A stretch of 64,000 bases of DNA from Marivivens sp. (lineage in GTDB: Bacteria > Pseudomonadota > Alphaproteobacteria > Rhodobacterales > Rhodobacteraceae), in assembly GCA_024642115.1 (NCBI GenBank), contig JAHEBU010000012.1, positions 34,383 through 98,382 of the forward strand, written 5' to 3'. Of the stretch, positions 46,497-56,400 are shown piece after piece. The notes beneath the pieces are model-generated. The model was not told the origin of the DNA and ran no database searches. It worked only from the letters and a program-made list of their open reading frames with translations. Made by a program: the position numbers and the translations under genes. Position 1 is the first letter of the stretch; each line of letters starts with the position of its first letter.

Positions 46497-47541
46497 CTGG
46501 TTCTTTGGCCTGTTCGACCGCCGGGCGGTTGCCGAAGAGGGGCAACGCCGGCAGCGGGGGCCTGCGATCCATGTCATCATTCTGGACGGCACGATGTCGT
46601 CTCTTGAACCTGGCGAGGAAACCAACGCCGGGATCACGTTCAAGCTGCTGCGCGAAGAGGGGCGGCGTGCCAACCTGACGGTCTATTACGAGGCGGGGGT
46701 GCAGTGGCGCGACTGGGCCGGAACCTATGGCGTGATGACCGGCAAGGGCATCAACCGTCAGATCGAGCGGGCATACGGCGTGCTCGCCTCGCGTTACAAA
46801 CCTGGCGACAAGATAATGCTGGTCGGCTATTCGCGCGGGGCCTATGCCGTGCGGTCGTTGGCGGGCGTGGTCGACCTTGTCGGGCTGGTCAAGTCGCGGG
46901 ATGCGACAGTGCGGGTGATCCGGCAGGCCTATCGGCACTACAGGTCGGGTGCCGGCAGCGACGCGGCGCATCGGTTTCGCGAACTTTATTGTCATGACGG
47001 TGTCGAGATCGAAGCGGTCGCCGTCTGGGACACGGTCAAGGCGCTGGGTCTGCGCCTGCCGATCCTGTGGCGCTGGGCCGAGGCCAGCCACAATTTTCAC
47101 AGCGCATCGCTGGGGGCGTCGGTGCGCAACGGGTTTCACGCCCTGGCCGCGGATGAAACCCGCGAGGCGTACAGCCCGGTCCTGTGGGAAACAAAGCCCG
47201 GATCGCGCGCGCATGTCGAACAGGTCTGGTTTCGCGGAAGCCATGGCGATGTCGGGGGGCAGGTCGGCAACCATTCTAGCGCCCGGCCGCTGGCCAACAT
47301 TCCGCTGGTCTGGATACTGGAGCGGCTGGAAAGCTGCGGGTTGCCGTTACCCATCGGATGGAAAGAGCGGTTCCCGCGCGACATCGCGGCCCCGTCGGTC
47401 GGCCGCTGGCAGGGCTGGGCGATCCTGTTCCTGTCTCGCCGCCGTCGAATCATCGGCCGCGATCCAAGTGAGCGATTGTTCGATGCCGCTCCGCACGAAG
47501 TGGTAAGCCGGGTCATCCCATCGGATGCTGTTGCGCATTAG
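46483..47541 (+). CDS. DUF2235 (Tle1-like alpha/beta hydrolase) protein
   Basis: VGYSRGAYAV nucleophile elbow (GxSxG). The GTG start lies 14 nt inside the preceding gene. Confidence 0.75.
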   Translation: MPLRDWFFGLFDRRAVAEEGQRRQRGPAIHVIILDGTMSSLEPGEETNAGITFKLLREEGRRANLTVYYEAGVQWRDWAGTYGVMTGKGINRQIERAYGVLASRYKPGDKIMLVGYSRGAYAVRSLAGVVDLVGLVKSRDATVRVIRQAYRHYRSGAGSDAAHRFRELYCHDGVEIEAVAVWDTVKALGLRLPILWRWAEASHNFHSASLGASVRNGFHALAADETREAYSPVLWETKPGSRAHVEQVWFRGSHGDVGGQVGNHSSARPLANIPLVWILERLESCGLPLPIGWKERFPRDIAAPSVGRWQGWAILFLSRRRRIIGRDPSERLFDAAPHEVVSRVIPSDAVAH

Positions 47542-47581
47542 AGGGGGCGGGCCCCCGGCGACGACTCCGGGGGCCTCTCTG

Positions 47582-48448
47582 TCAGGCGACGTTTTGAAGC
47601 CGTACCTTGGGGGAGACACCCAAGGCGTGGCAGACGTCGCGCGTCAGTTCCGGACGGTTGAGCGTGTAGAAATGCAGGTGATCGACGCCGCCCTGAAGCA
47701 GGTTGTCGCACAGTTGGGTCGCAACGGCGGTGGCATAGAGGTCCGTGGTTCCGTCCCGGGCCGCATTTTCGAACCCCTGCGCGAGGGTGAGCGGGATCGA
47801 CGTGCCGCAGCTTTGCGCGAATTTGCGGGCGCCTGCCCAGTTTTCAACCGGCAGGATGCCGGGGATGATCGGGGCTGTGATGCCGGCCGCCACGCAAGCG
47901 TCCCGGAACCGGAAGAAGGTGTCGGCGGAAAAGAAGAATTGGGTGATGGCACTGGTGGCCCCTGCGTCGATCTTGCGTTTGAGCCAGTCGATGTCGGCCT
48001 TTTGGCTGGCAGCCTCGGGGTGCTGTTCGGGATAGGCGCCGACCCGGATCGTGAATTTCCCGGTGCCGGCCAGCGCCTCGATCAATTCGACGGACGAGGC
48101 GAAGCCATCGGCGCGCGCCTTGAACCCGTCTGAGCCCTTGGGCGCGTCGCCGCGCAGGGCCACGATCTCGGTCACGCCAACGTCGGCATAGCCCTGGGCG
48201 ATGGCCATGGTTTCGTCACGGCTGGCGTCCACGCAGGTCAGGTGGGCAGCGACCGTCAGGCCAGATGTCTTGTGGATCGTGCCCACAGCCTCGTGCGTGA
48301 GTTGCCGGGTGGTGCCACCGGCGCCATAGGTCACAGACACGAATGTCGGGTCGAGCGGGGCGAGCGTGTTGACGCAATCCCACAGGCGGAACGACCCTTC
48401 GAGGGATTTGGGCGGGAAGAATTCGAACGAAACGGTGGGGCGGGTCAT
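47582..48448 (-). CDS. metF: Methylenetetrahydrofolate reductase
   Basis: FSFEFFPPK N-terminus, TCV and HFYTLN motifs. 288 aa. Confidence 0.9.
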   Translation of the reverse strand: MTRPTVSFEFFPPKSLEGSFRLWDCVNTLAPLDPTFVSVTYGAGGTTRQLTHEAVGTIHKTSGLTVAAHLTCVDASRDETMAIAQGYADVGVTEIVALRGDAPKGSDGFKARADGFASSVELIEALAGTGKFTIRVGAYPEQHPEAASQKADIDWLKRKIDAGATSAITQFFFSADTFFRFRDACVAAGITAPIIPGILPVENWAGARKFAQSCGTSIPLTLAQGFENAARDGTTDLYATAVATQLCDNLLQGGVDHLHFYTLNRPELTRDVCHALGVSPKVRLQNVA

Positions 48449-48494
48449 GATGGATCCTGTCTGAAGTTGTCCTCTTGTCGCTCAAATCGCGATG

Positions 48495-48507
48495 TGAGAC
48501 AAATTCA
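48495..48507. promoter_or_regulatory. MetR-box-like site TGAGACAAATTCA (TGAA-N5-TTCA type)
   Basis: In the metF-metR divergent region, with one mismatch to TGAANNNNNTTCA. Confidence 0.35.
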
Positions 48508-48525
48508 TAACTTTCACGACGATCA

Positions 48526-48538
48526 TGAGTTTCGTTCA
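48526..48538. promoter_or_regulatory. Second MetR-box-like site TGAGTTTCGTTCA
   Basis: Same architecture as the first site, 31 bp downstream of it. Confidence 0.3.
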
Positions 48539-48551
48539 TACGCGAGGGTAC

Positions 48552-49457
48552 ATGCACATCGAATTCAGGCACCTGCGGACAATCAAGGCGATCCACGACA
48601 CGGGCGGCCTTGCGCGGGCGGCCGACCAGTTGAACATGACCCAGTCGGCCCTGTCCCACCAGATCAAGGGGATCGAGGATCAGGCCGGGGTCGAGCTGTT
48701 CGTGCGTCGCTCCAAGCCGCTGAAATTGTCGGCGGCGGGACTGAAGCTGTTGGCCGCGGCTGAACGGATATTGCCTCAGGTCGCTGATCTTGAAGCGGAA
48801 TTTGCCGGTCTTGTCAGCGGCAAGGCGGGCCGGATGCACATCGCCATCGAATGTCATGCCTGTTTCGAATGGCTGTTTCCGGTGCTGGAGGCGTTCCGCA
48901 AAGCCTGGCCCGAGGTCGATGTGGATATTCGACCCGGTCTGGCCTTCGACGCCCTGCCGGCCCTGCGCCGGGAAGAGGTCGATCTGGTCGTATCGTCCGA
49001 CCCGGAATCGATCGACGGCATCGATTTCACGCCGCTTTTTGACTACGAGCCGGTTTTCGTGGCGTCGAGCCAGCATCCGCTGGCCGCCAAGGAGGTGATT
49101 GAGGCCGAGGATTTTCGTGGTCAGACACTTATCACCTATCCGGTTGACCGTGCCCGGCTGGACATCTTTTCCCAGTTGTTGAGCCCGGCAAAGGTGGAAC
49201 CGGCAGCCATCCGGCAAGTGGAATTGACAGCCGTCATCCTGCTGCTTGTGGCCTCAAACCGCGGCGTTGCGGTTTTGCCCGACTGGGTGATCCGGCAGGT
49301 GCGATATAACTCTGACTACGTGACGCGCCGGTTGACATCGGCGGGCATCACCCGGCGGCTGTATGCGGCCACTCGAACCGAGGATACGGCCCGCCCGTTC
49401 ATGGCGCATCTGGTCCGGCAGGCCCGTCAGGAAGCGGTCAAGTTGCAACGCGGCTAG
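48552..49457 (+). CDS. metR: LysR-family regulator MetR
   Basis: MHIEFRHLRTIKAIHDTGGLARAADQLNMTQSALSHQIKGIE aligns from residue 1 with MetR as I remember it. Divergent from metF. Confidence 0.8.
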   Translation: MHIEFRHLRTIKAIHDTGGLARAADQLNMTQSALSHQIKGIEDQAGVELFVRRSKPLKLSAAGLKLLAAAERILPQVADLEAEFAGLVSGKAGRMHIAIECHACFEWLFPVLEAFRKAWPEVDVDIRPGLAFDALPALRREEVDLVVSSDPESIDGIDFTPLFDYEPVFVASSQHPLAAKEVIEAEDFRGQTLITYPVDRARLDIFSQLLSPAKVEPAAIRQVELTAVILLLVASNRGVAVLPDWVIRQVRYNSDYVTRRLTSAGITRRLYAATRTEDTARPFMAHLVRQARQEAVKLQRG

Positions 49458-51406
49458 GCGGCGGATGTTACCTTGGCTGACTTGCGCTCGGTCTGTTCGA
49501 GCGCAAGACGAATCGCGGCTTCGGACAGCGGCATCGCCTTGCCCCACAGGTATCCCTGACCGAAACGGCACCCCATTCGTATCAGGTGGTCCCGCTGTTC
49601 GCACGTTTCGACCCCTTCGGCGATAACGGTGACATCCAGCCCGCGACCCATGGACAGGAAACCACCCACCAGCACCTCGGCCACCGGATCAATGCCTAGG
49701 CCAGCCACAAAGCTTGTGTCGATCTTGAGCTCGTCGAATTCCAGTTGGCGAAGATGATGGAAAGACGCAAAGCCTGTTCCAAAGTCATCAAGGGCAACCC
49801 GGATTCCCTGTTTGCGAAAGTAGGCGATGCTGGATTTGATCGCATCGGCCGCCCGGGCGATAAACACATCCTCGGTCATTTCGAATGTCAGGTGACGATA
49901 CACGGCTGGATGTGCCTGCACGACACGGTCGAGGTCGTTTCGGCCGCTGAGCGTGGCAAGCGCCACCTCTGGCACGTTGATGGATACCTGACCCGGATCG
50001 AAACCGTCGTCCAACAGGGTTTCGATGTCGGACATGACCGAGGATGCCAGATGAACAAGAAGATCACCCTGAAGCCCCAATTCGTTGATCTGGGGCAGGA
50101 ACTGCGCCGGGGACAGAACCCCCCGTACCGGATCGACCCACCGTACCAGCGCTTCGAACCCGCAGATCCGTCCAGTGTCCATCTCGATTTTCGGCTGATA
50201 AAAGGGACGTATGCATTTCGACTGGAATGCCGCGAGAATCGTCTCGCGATCTTTGAGGCTGGGTCGGGCTGAAAAGGTGCGGGGATCATAGACCAATGGA
50301 CGCTTCGATTGTTCTGCCTTGGCCCGGAACATGGCCTGATCCGCCCCTGCGCACAGGGCCGAGACGGTCGAACAATGGCGGCCAGACAGGTTGACCCCGA
50401 CACTGGCCGAGATGCACAGGTCCTTGCCCGAAAAGGCAATCGGTTCTTCGATCACCATTCGGATCTGCGTCGCAAGGTCGAGCGCCGTCTGGGCCGAGAC
50501 GACAGATGCCAGGGCAACAGCAAATTCGTCCCCACCCAATCGCGCAACCAATGCACCCTCGCCTGCTGTCTGCTTGAGCCGATCCGAGACGGTGATGAGC
50601 ACCTGATCGCCGGCAGAGTGACTGTAGGTGTCATTGATCGGCTTGAACCCATCCAGATCGAGCAAAAGCACCGCCACAGCCCCGTCGCGTGTCGTCTCCT
50701 CCAGAAACTGCTGAAGTTGGGCATCAAAGGCGCGTCGGTTCAGCAAGCCTGTCAGGCTGTCGTGGCGGGTCATGTGTTCGAGCGCAAGCAAGCGTGCGTT
50801 CGCTTGCTCCCGCGCGGTCGCCAGAGCCTGTTCGGTGTCGTTCTGTTTGGTCAACGTTTCGTAGGTATTCACGAAATAGACCATCAGGATGCCGCCGGTG
50901 ATGGTCCAGTCCAGCGCGGTTGACTGTTGGAACGACATTTCGGAAATCGAAAAGAACAGCAGGAATGCCGACCCGAAAGATGGGACCATCATCGACCAGT
51001 TGAAGATCGGCATGGAGGCGAACGAGTTGGAGATGTGGACGAAAATCCCGAAGAGCCAGAGGAGTCCGGCCAGAAGCATGGCCACCGACCCCTGTGCCGA
51101 CAAAACGAACGCGGGCGTCAGGTAGGCGACAGTCGAGAGGATGTTCACGAGCCAGATCAGCAAGACCCGCCGCAGGCCCAGATCCCGGTCATCGTCGGGC
51201 ATGCCCCGTGACAACGCGATGCCAAGACCTTCGAACACCGCGATGGCCAGCGCCAGCCCGATGGCGGCCCTGATTTCTCCGAGCCACAGATAGATGGCCA
51301 GAATCATGCAGATCGACGCGGCCCGCTTGGGCAGATCGCGCAGCGAGACGTGGATCACGAAACGTGACTGATAGCGGAATCTGTCGAAGCTGATGTTCGG
51401 GCGCAT
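49454..51406 (-). CDS. Membrane-anchored GGDEF-EAL protein (diguanylate cyclase/phosphodiesterase)
   Basis: The ATG at 51406 is used because the longer ORF would overlap suhB. About 7 TM helices. RLGGDEFAV and GFEALVRW motifs are intact, and DDFGTG is present. Confidence 0.85.
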   Translation of the reverse strand: MRPNISFDRFRYQSRFVIHVSLRDLPKRAASICMILAIYLWLGEIRAAIGLALAIAVFEGLGIALSRGMPDDDRDLGLRRVLLIWLVNILSTVAYLTPAFVLSAQGSVAMLLAGLLWLFGIFVHISNSFASMPIFNWSMMVPSFGSAFLLFFSISEMSFQQSTALDWTITGGILMVYFVNTYETLTKQNDTEQALATAREQANARLLALEHMTRHDSLTGLLNRRAFDAQLQQFLEETTRDGAVAVLLLDLDGFKPINDTYSHSAGDQVLITVSDRLKQTAGEGALVARLGGDEFAVALASVVSAQTALDLATQIRMVIEEPIAFSGKDLCISASVGVNLSGRHCSTVSALCAGADQAMFRAKAEQSKRPLVYDPRTFSARPSLKDRETILAAFQSKCIRPFYQPKIEMDTGRICGFEALVRWVDPVRGVLSPAQFLPQINELGLQGDLLVHLASSVMSDIETLLDDGFDPGQVSINVPEVALATLSGRNDLDRVVQAHPAVYRHLTFEMTEDVFIARAADAIKSSIAYFRKQGIRVALDDFGTGFASFHHLRQLEFDELKIDTSFVAGLGIDPVAEVLVGGFLSMGRGLDVTVIAEGVETCEQRDHLIRMGCRFGQGYLWGKAMPLSEAAIRLALEQTERKSAKVTSAA

Positions 51407-51559
51407 GGTTCTGCCTTTGGGTCGGCCCGGCCTTTCTAGCTCTTGTTCAGACAATAACCCGTTAATGCGGAGCGGGACGTTTGCCGCCTCTTGTCCCGCC
51501 GCAAGGCAGGCCCTATAGCCAGCCCCTGATCCAAAAATCCCACGTCCCCGGAGGCCCCC

Positions 51560-52345
51560 ATGGCTGGCAGCGCAAATCTCAACGTCATGATGAAGACCGC
51601 CCGCAAGGCCGGTCGGGCCCTGCTCAAGGACTTTACCGAGGTCGAGAACCTTCAGGTCAGCGCCAAGGGTCCCGGCGATTTCGTCAGCCGCGCCGACCGC
51701 CAGGCTGAAAAGACGATCCGGGACGAGTTGATGGCTGCCCGACCGACATACGGGTTTCTGGGCGAGGAAGACGGCGAAAAGCCGGGCGAGGACCCGACCC
51801 GCCGCTGGATCGTCGATCCGCTGGACGGGACAACGAATTTTCTGCATGGACTACCCCATTGGGCCGTCAGCATTGCCTTGGAACACAAGGGCCAGATCGT
51901 TGCCGGGGTAATCTACGATCCGGTCAAGGACGAGATGTTCCATGCTGAAAAGGGCGGTGGCGCCTGGTTGAACGAAAGCCGCCTGCGCGTATCGGGCCGC
52001 CGCACCATGATCGAGTGCATCTTTGCGACGGGTTTGCCCTTTGGCGGCCGGTCCGATCTGCCCGCCACGTTGCAGGACCTCGCCCGGTTGATGCCGGTCT
52101 GTGCGGGTGTGCGCCGGTTCGGTGCCGCCGCCCTTGATCTGGCGTATGTGGCCGCCGGTCGCTACGACGGGTTCTGGGAACGCGGCCTGCATGCCTGGGA
52201 CATCGCCGCAGGTGTGGTCATCGTGCGCGAGGCGGGCGGCTTCGTCGAGCCGCTGACCGAAGGCGCGGATATCCTGGAAAGTGGTGCCCTGGTCTGTGCC
52301 AACGAGCCGATCTTTCCGTCTTTTGCCAAGATCATCCGCGGCTGA
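51560..52345 (+). CDS. suhB: Inositol monophosphatase family protein SuhB
   Basis: WIVDPLDGTTNF and WDIAAG motifs. 261 aa. Confidence 0.9.
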   Translation: MAGSANLNVMMKTARKAGRALLKDFTEVENLQVSAKGPGDFVSRADRQAEKTIRDELMAARPTYGFLGEEDGEKPGEDPTRRWIVDPLDGTTNFLHGLPHWAVSIALEHKGQIVAGVIYDPVKDEMFHAEKGGGAWLNESRLRVSGRRTMIECIFATGLPFGGRSDLPATLQDLARLMPVCAGVRRFGAAALDLAYVAAGRYDGFWERGLHAWDIAAGVVIVREAGGFVEPLTEGADILESGALVCANEPIFPSFAKIIRG

Positions 52346-52402
52346 CCACATTTCGTCGGGCATGCCCAACTGTCGCCAGAATCGCCCATTAGGGGCAGCG
52401 AC

Positions 52403-52621
52403 ATGCGCCTTTCCACTTCGATCCTTGCCCGGTTGAGGGCCTTTGCTGTCGATGATGACGGATCGGCCACCGTTGACTTTGTCATCGGGACAGCATTGGG
52501 CGTGACCCTGACAATCGCCGTCATGCAGTCCATTTCGGGCAGCGTGACCGGGTTGTCCGACAAGATCGGCGAGGCGATCACAGGGATCCATTTCCCATGG
52601 GAACCACCGCCGGAGGACTAG
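52403..52621 (+). CDS. Divergent Flp-family (type IVb) pilin-like small protein
   Basis: The leader plus G/SATVDFVIGTALGVTLTIAV mirrors the Flp G/ATAIEYGLIAALI architecture, with Asp5/Phe6 in place of Glu5/Tyr6. 72 aa. Confidence 0.4.
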   Translation: MRLSTSILARLRAFAVDDDGSATVDFVIGTALGVTLTIAVMQSISGSVTGLSDKIGEAITGIHFPWEPPPED

Positions 52622-52622
52622 G

Positions 52623-53369
52623 TCAACGCCGCCGGGTCACCCTGGGGACTTGGGTGCGTTGAAGGGGATAGGTGGCGGCTGGGTGGTCCGGGTGCCCCTC
52701 TGTTCGCTGCCAGAACGCAGGGCCGCCCTTGGCCAGCCAGATCGGGATTGCCAGCCCGACCCCTAGAATGAACCCGCCCGCATGTGCCCAATAGGCCACG
52801 CCGCCCGTCAATGGGTCCGCCCCGATCCCGCCAAAAATCTGGAGCCCCAACCACAGCCCCAGCATGAGCCAGGCCGGGATCGGCAGGATCCGGAAAAAGA
52901 CGACAAAGAAGATGAAAACGTCGACCCGGGCTTTTGGAAAGAACATCAGATAGCCGCCCATTACCCCGGCAATTGCCCCCGAGGCCCCCACGGTTGGCAC
53001 CGGCGATCCCGGATCAGAGGCGACCTGTGCAAGGCCCGCACCAACGCCCGCCAAAAGGTAAAAGAGTCCAAAGCCCGTGTGTCCCAACTGGTCTTCCAGA
53101 TTGTCCCCGAAAATCCACAGGAACAGCATGTTCCCTGCAAGGTGCATCAACCCCCCGTGCAGGAACATCGAGGTGACCAGCCCGCTGTATCCTGTGCCGG
53201 AACTGACCTGGGACGGGATGAGGGCGAATTCGGCGTAGAACCGATTGATGGCAAGGTCCGATGGCAAGGCGGCAAGGCCATAGAACCAGACAAGAACGTT
53301 CGCCGCAGTCAGCAACCAGACCACATAAGGCGTGCGCTCGGACGGGTTGTGATCGCGGATCGGAAACAT
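52623..53369 (-). CDS. Rhomboid-family intramembrane serine protease
   Basis: GASGAIAG catalytic-Ser motif, a downstream HAGGF His, HGGLMHL and 6-7 TM helices. Confidence 0.85.
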   Translation of the reverse strand: MFPIRDHNPSERTPYVVWLLTAANVLVWFYGLAALPSDLAINRFYAEFALIPSQVSSGTGYSGLVTSMFLHGGLMHLAGNMLFLWIFGDNLEDQLGHTGFGLFYLLAGVGAGLAQVASDPGSPVPTVGASGAIAGVMGGYLMFFPKARVDVFIFFVVFFRILPIPAWLMLGLWLGLQIFGGIGADPLTGGVAYWAHAGGFILGVGLAIPIWLAKGGPAFWQRTEGHPDHPAATYPLQRTQVPRVTRRR

Positions 53370-53380
53370 CGGCAGCCTGG

Positions 53381-53406
53381 GTAAGGTGGGTTTAAACCCA
53401 CCTTAC
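53381..53406. repeat. Palindromic repeat, full 26-bp copy GTAAGGTGGGTTTAAACCCACCTTAC
   Basis: Perfect palindrome lying between the putA stop and the rhomboid start. Confidence 0.8.
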
Positions 53407-53441
53407 GCGGGTGTGGACCGGGTGCATCCGAAAAAAGGGGC

Positions 53442-53467
53442 GTAAGGTGGGTTTGAACCCACCTTAC
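53442..53467. repeat. Palindromic repeat, full 26-bp copy GTAAGGTGGGTTTGAACCCACCTTAC
   Basis: Palindrome perfect except for the central pair. It contains the putA TAA (53464-53466) on the minus strand. Confidence 0.8.
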
Positions 53468-56400
53468 GAGCCGACCTCGGCAAGCAGGGCCGCGTTGCCG
53501 CCCGCTGCGGTCGTGTCAATGCAGACGTGCCGCTCATGCTGAGCATGGGCCACGTCCGGCATGGAGGTCACAAGGGCAGCGATCGGACCGTCGCGACGGG
53601 ACAGCGCCTGTGCCATCCGCCGTGCCTGGCTGTTATCCCCCCACCAGATCACCCCGCCCAGCGGTGTCAGTCGGGTGAGCAGGTCCGGATCAAAAAAGCC
53701 TGTCGCCTGCACGGCGACACCACCAAGTGCCCGGATCGCCTCGGCCTGCCGGTGGGCCGCGTCCGGTCCGGGGCCGGCGCACAGGATGGGGCCACGGGCC
53801 ACAAGGCTCAACCGGTTCGATTCCCCCGTTGGTCCCGGCATGTCGCGCGGTTCTGTTTGTGCCGCCACGGACGCCCGAGCGAGTCGATTGCCGAGGGAGC
53901 CCATGTCTTCGGCCCGGTCCCAGTCGGTTCCCGCCTCCGGTGCTGCCTGGCCAACAAACCGCGGCAGGTAGTTCGGTCCGCCTGCCTTGGGGCCTGTCCC
54001 CGAAAGCCCCTCTCCGCCGAAGGGTTGGCTGCCGACGACCGCCCCGATCTGGTTGCGGTTGACGTAAATGTTGCCCGCGTGGACCCGTTCGACAATGGTC
54101 TGCACACGGTCGTCGATCCTCGTGTGAAGGCCAAAGGTCAGGCCGTAGCCGGTGGCGTTGATGGCGTCGATGACGCTGTCCAACCCGGCCGATTTGAAAG
54201 TCGCCACATGCAGCACGGGGCCAAATATTTCGCGGTCCAGGTCATTGATCCCGGTGATCTGGATGATCGTCGGGGCGATAAAATGCCCGGTGGCCGGGAT
54301 GGGCAGGGCATGCAGGACCCGACCCTCGGCCTTGGCCCGTGCGATATGGTCGGCGATGGTCTTGTGCGCGGCGGCGTCGATCACCGGGCCAACGTCCGTT
54401 GTCATGTCCCATGGCCGGCCAAGGACCAGTTCGTCCATCGCGCCCCTGAGCATTTTCAGGACCTTGTCGGCGATGTCCTCTTGCACATACAGGCACCGCA
54501 GCGCCGAACAGCGCTGCCCCGCAGACCGGAACGCCCCGTTGACGATGTCGCGCACCGCATGTTCTGGCAGGGCCGTGCTGTCGACGATCATGGCGTTCAA
54601 TCCGCCGGTTTCCGCGATCAGTGGGGTGCCAGGGGCGCAGTGATCGGCCATGGCCGTCGCGATCTTGCGAGCTGTCGCCGTCGATCCAGTGAAGGCGACA
54701 CCGGTGATCCGTGGATCAGAGGTCAGCGCCGCACCGACCAGGCCGGAACCCGGCAGAAGTTGTAGTGCAGATTTCGGCACGCCCGCGCTGTGAAGCAACT
54801 GGACCGCCCGTGCCGCGATCAGCGGTGTCTGTTCGGCGGGTTTGGCCAAAACGGCATTGCCCGCGGCCAGAGCCGCCGCGATTTGCCCCGTGAAAATTGC
54901 CAGTGGAAAGTTCCACGGGCTGATGCAGGTCCAAAGACCCGTGGCGCTGCCGCTGATCTGCGAGGCGTAGTAGCGCAGGAAATCGACCGCCTCGCGCACT
55001 TCGCCCACACAGTCGGGCAGGGTCTTGCCTGCCTCGCGGGCAAGCAGGGCGAAAAGTTCGGGAGCGTGTTCCTCATACGCGTCGGCCGCGGCGTTCAGGA
55101 TGCGGGCGCGCTCGGCAGGGGAGGCTGTCCATGCGTTTGCAACATCGAACGCGGCGGCGATCTCTTCGTCGCTGGCGGGACGGACGTGGCCAACGGTGTC
55201 GGCAGGATTGGCCGGGTTCAGGACCGGTTCGGCTGTCGCGGCCTGCGCAGGACCGGCGATCATGGCCCCACTGGTCCACTGGTGCGTTGTGAACGGCGCT
55301 CGGCCCTTTTCCAGACGGTTGAGCGTCGGGGTGTGGGTCAGGTCCCAACCTTGGGAATTGGCACGTTCGGGTTGGAACAGATCGGGGGCGCGGGTCAGGC
55401 GTGTTCCTTTGCCAATCGAATCAAAGGGATCGGCCGCCACGACTTCCGGTGGCACTTCTTCGTCCACGATCTGGTTCACAAAACTGGAGTTGGCCCCGTT
55501 TTCCAGAAGGCGCCGGACCAGATAGGCCAAGAGGTCTTCGTGCGCGCCGACGGGGGCATAGATGCGGCAGCGGGTCTTTTCCGCGGTCAGAACCAGTGAG
55601 TGAAGGGTTTCACCCATGCCGTGCAGCCGCTGGAATTCGAAATCTTCGGCGGTCCGACCCATCGATCGGGCCATGTCCAGAACGGCGGCGACCGTGTGCG
55701 CATTGTGGGTGGCGAATTGCGGGTAGATGCGGGCGGTCAGGCCCAGCAGTTTGCGAGCGTTTGCGATGTAGCTGACATCGGTGTGCTGCTTGGCGGTAAA
55801 GACGGGAAAACCGTCGAGCCCTTCGACCTGCGCCCGTTTGATTTCGGCGTCCCAGTAGGCCCCTTTGACCAATCGGACCATGATCCGCCGGTTCAGTCTG
55901 TCGGCCAGATCGTCGAGCCAGTCGATCACATGGCTTGCCCGCTGCCCGTAGGCCTGAACGACAACGCCGAAACCGTCCCAGCCCTTGAGCGAAGGGTCGG
56001 ACAGCACCGCCTCGATCACGTCAAGGGAAAGGGACAGTCTGTCCGCCTCTTCCGCGTCGATATTGAAGCCCATGCCCGCCGATTTTGCCAGCAGGGCGAG
56101 CGCGCGGACGCGCGGCACCAGCTCTTCCATCACACGGGCCTTTTGCGCGACTTCATAACGGGGGTGCAGGGCCGAGAGTTTGACCGAGATGCCGGGGTTC
56201 TTGGCGACCGACCCGTGGGTGCAATGGGCGGCGATGGCGCTGATCGCGCGGGAATAGGACAGATGGTAGTTGCGGGCGTCGGAGTCCGTCCGCGCCGCTT
56301 CGCCCAGCATGTCGTAGCTGTAGGTGAACCCCTTGGCTTGCATTCCCTCGGCCCGCTTCATGGCCTTGGTTATGTCCTCACCCAGCACGAACTGACGTCC

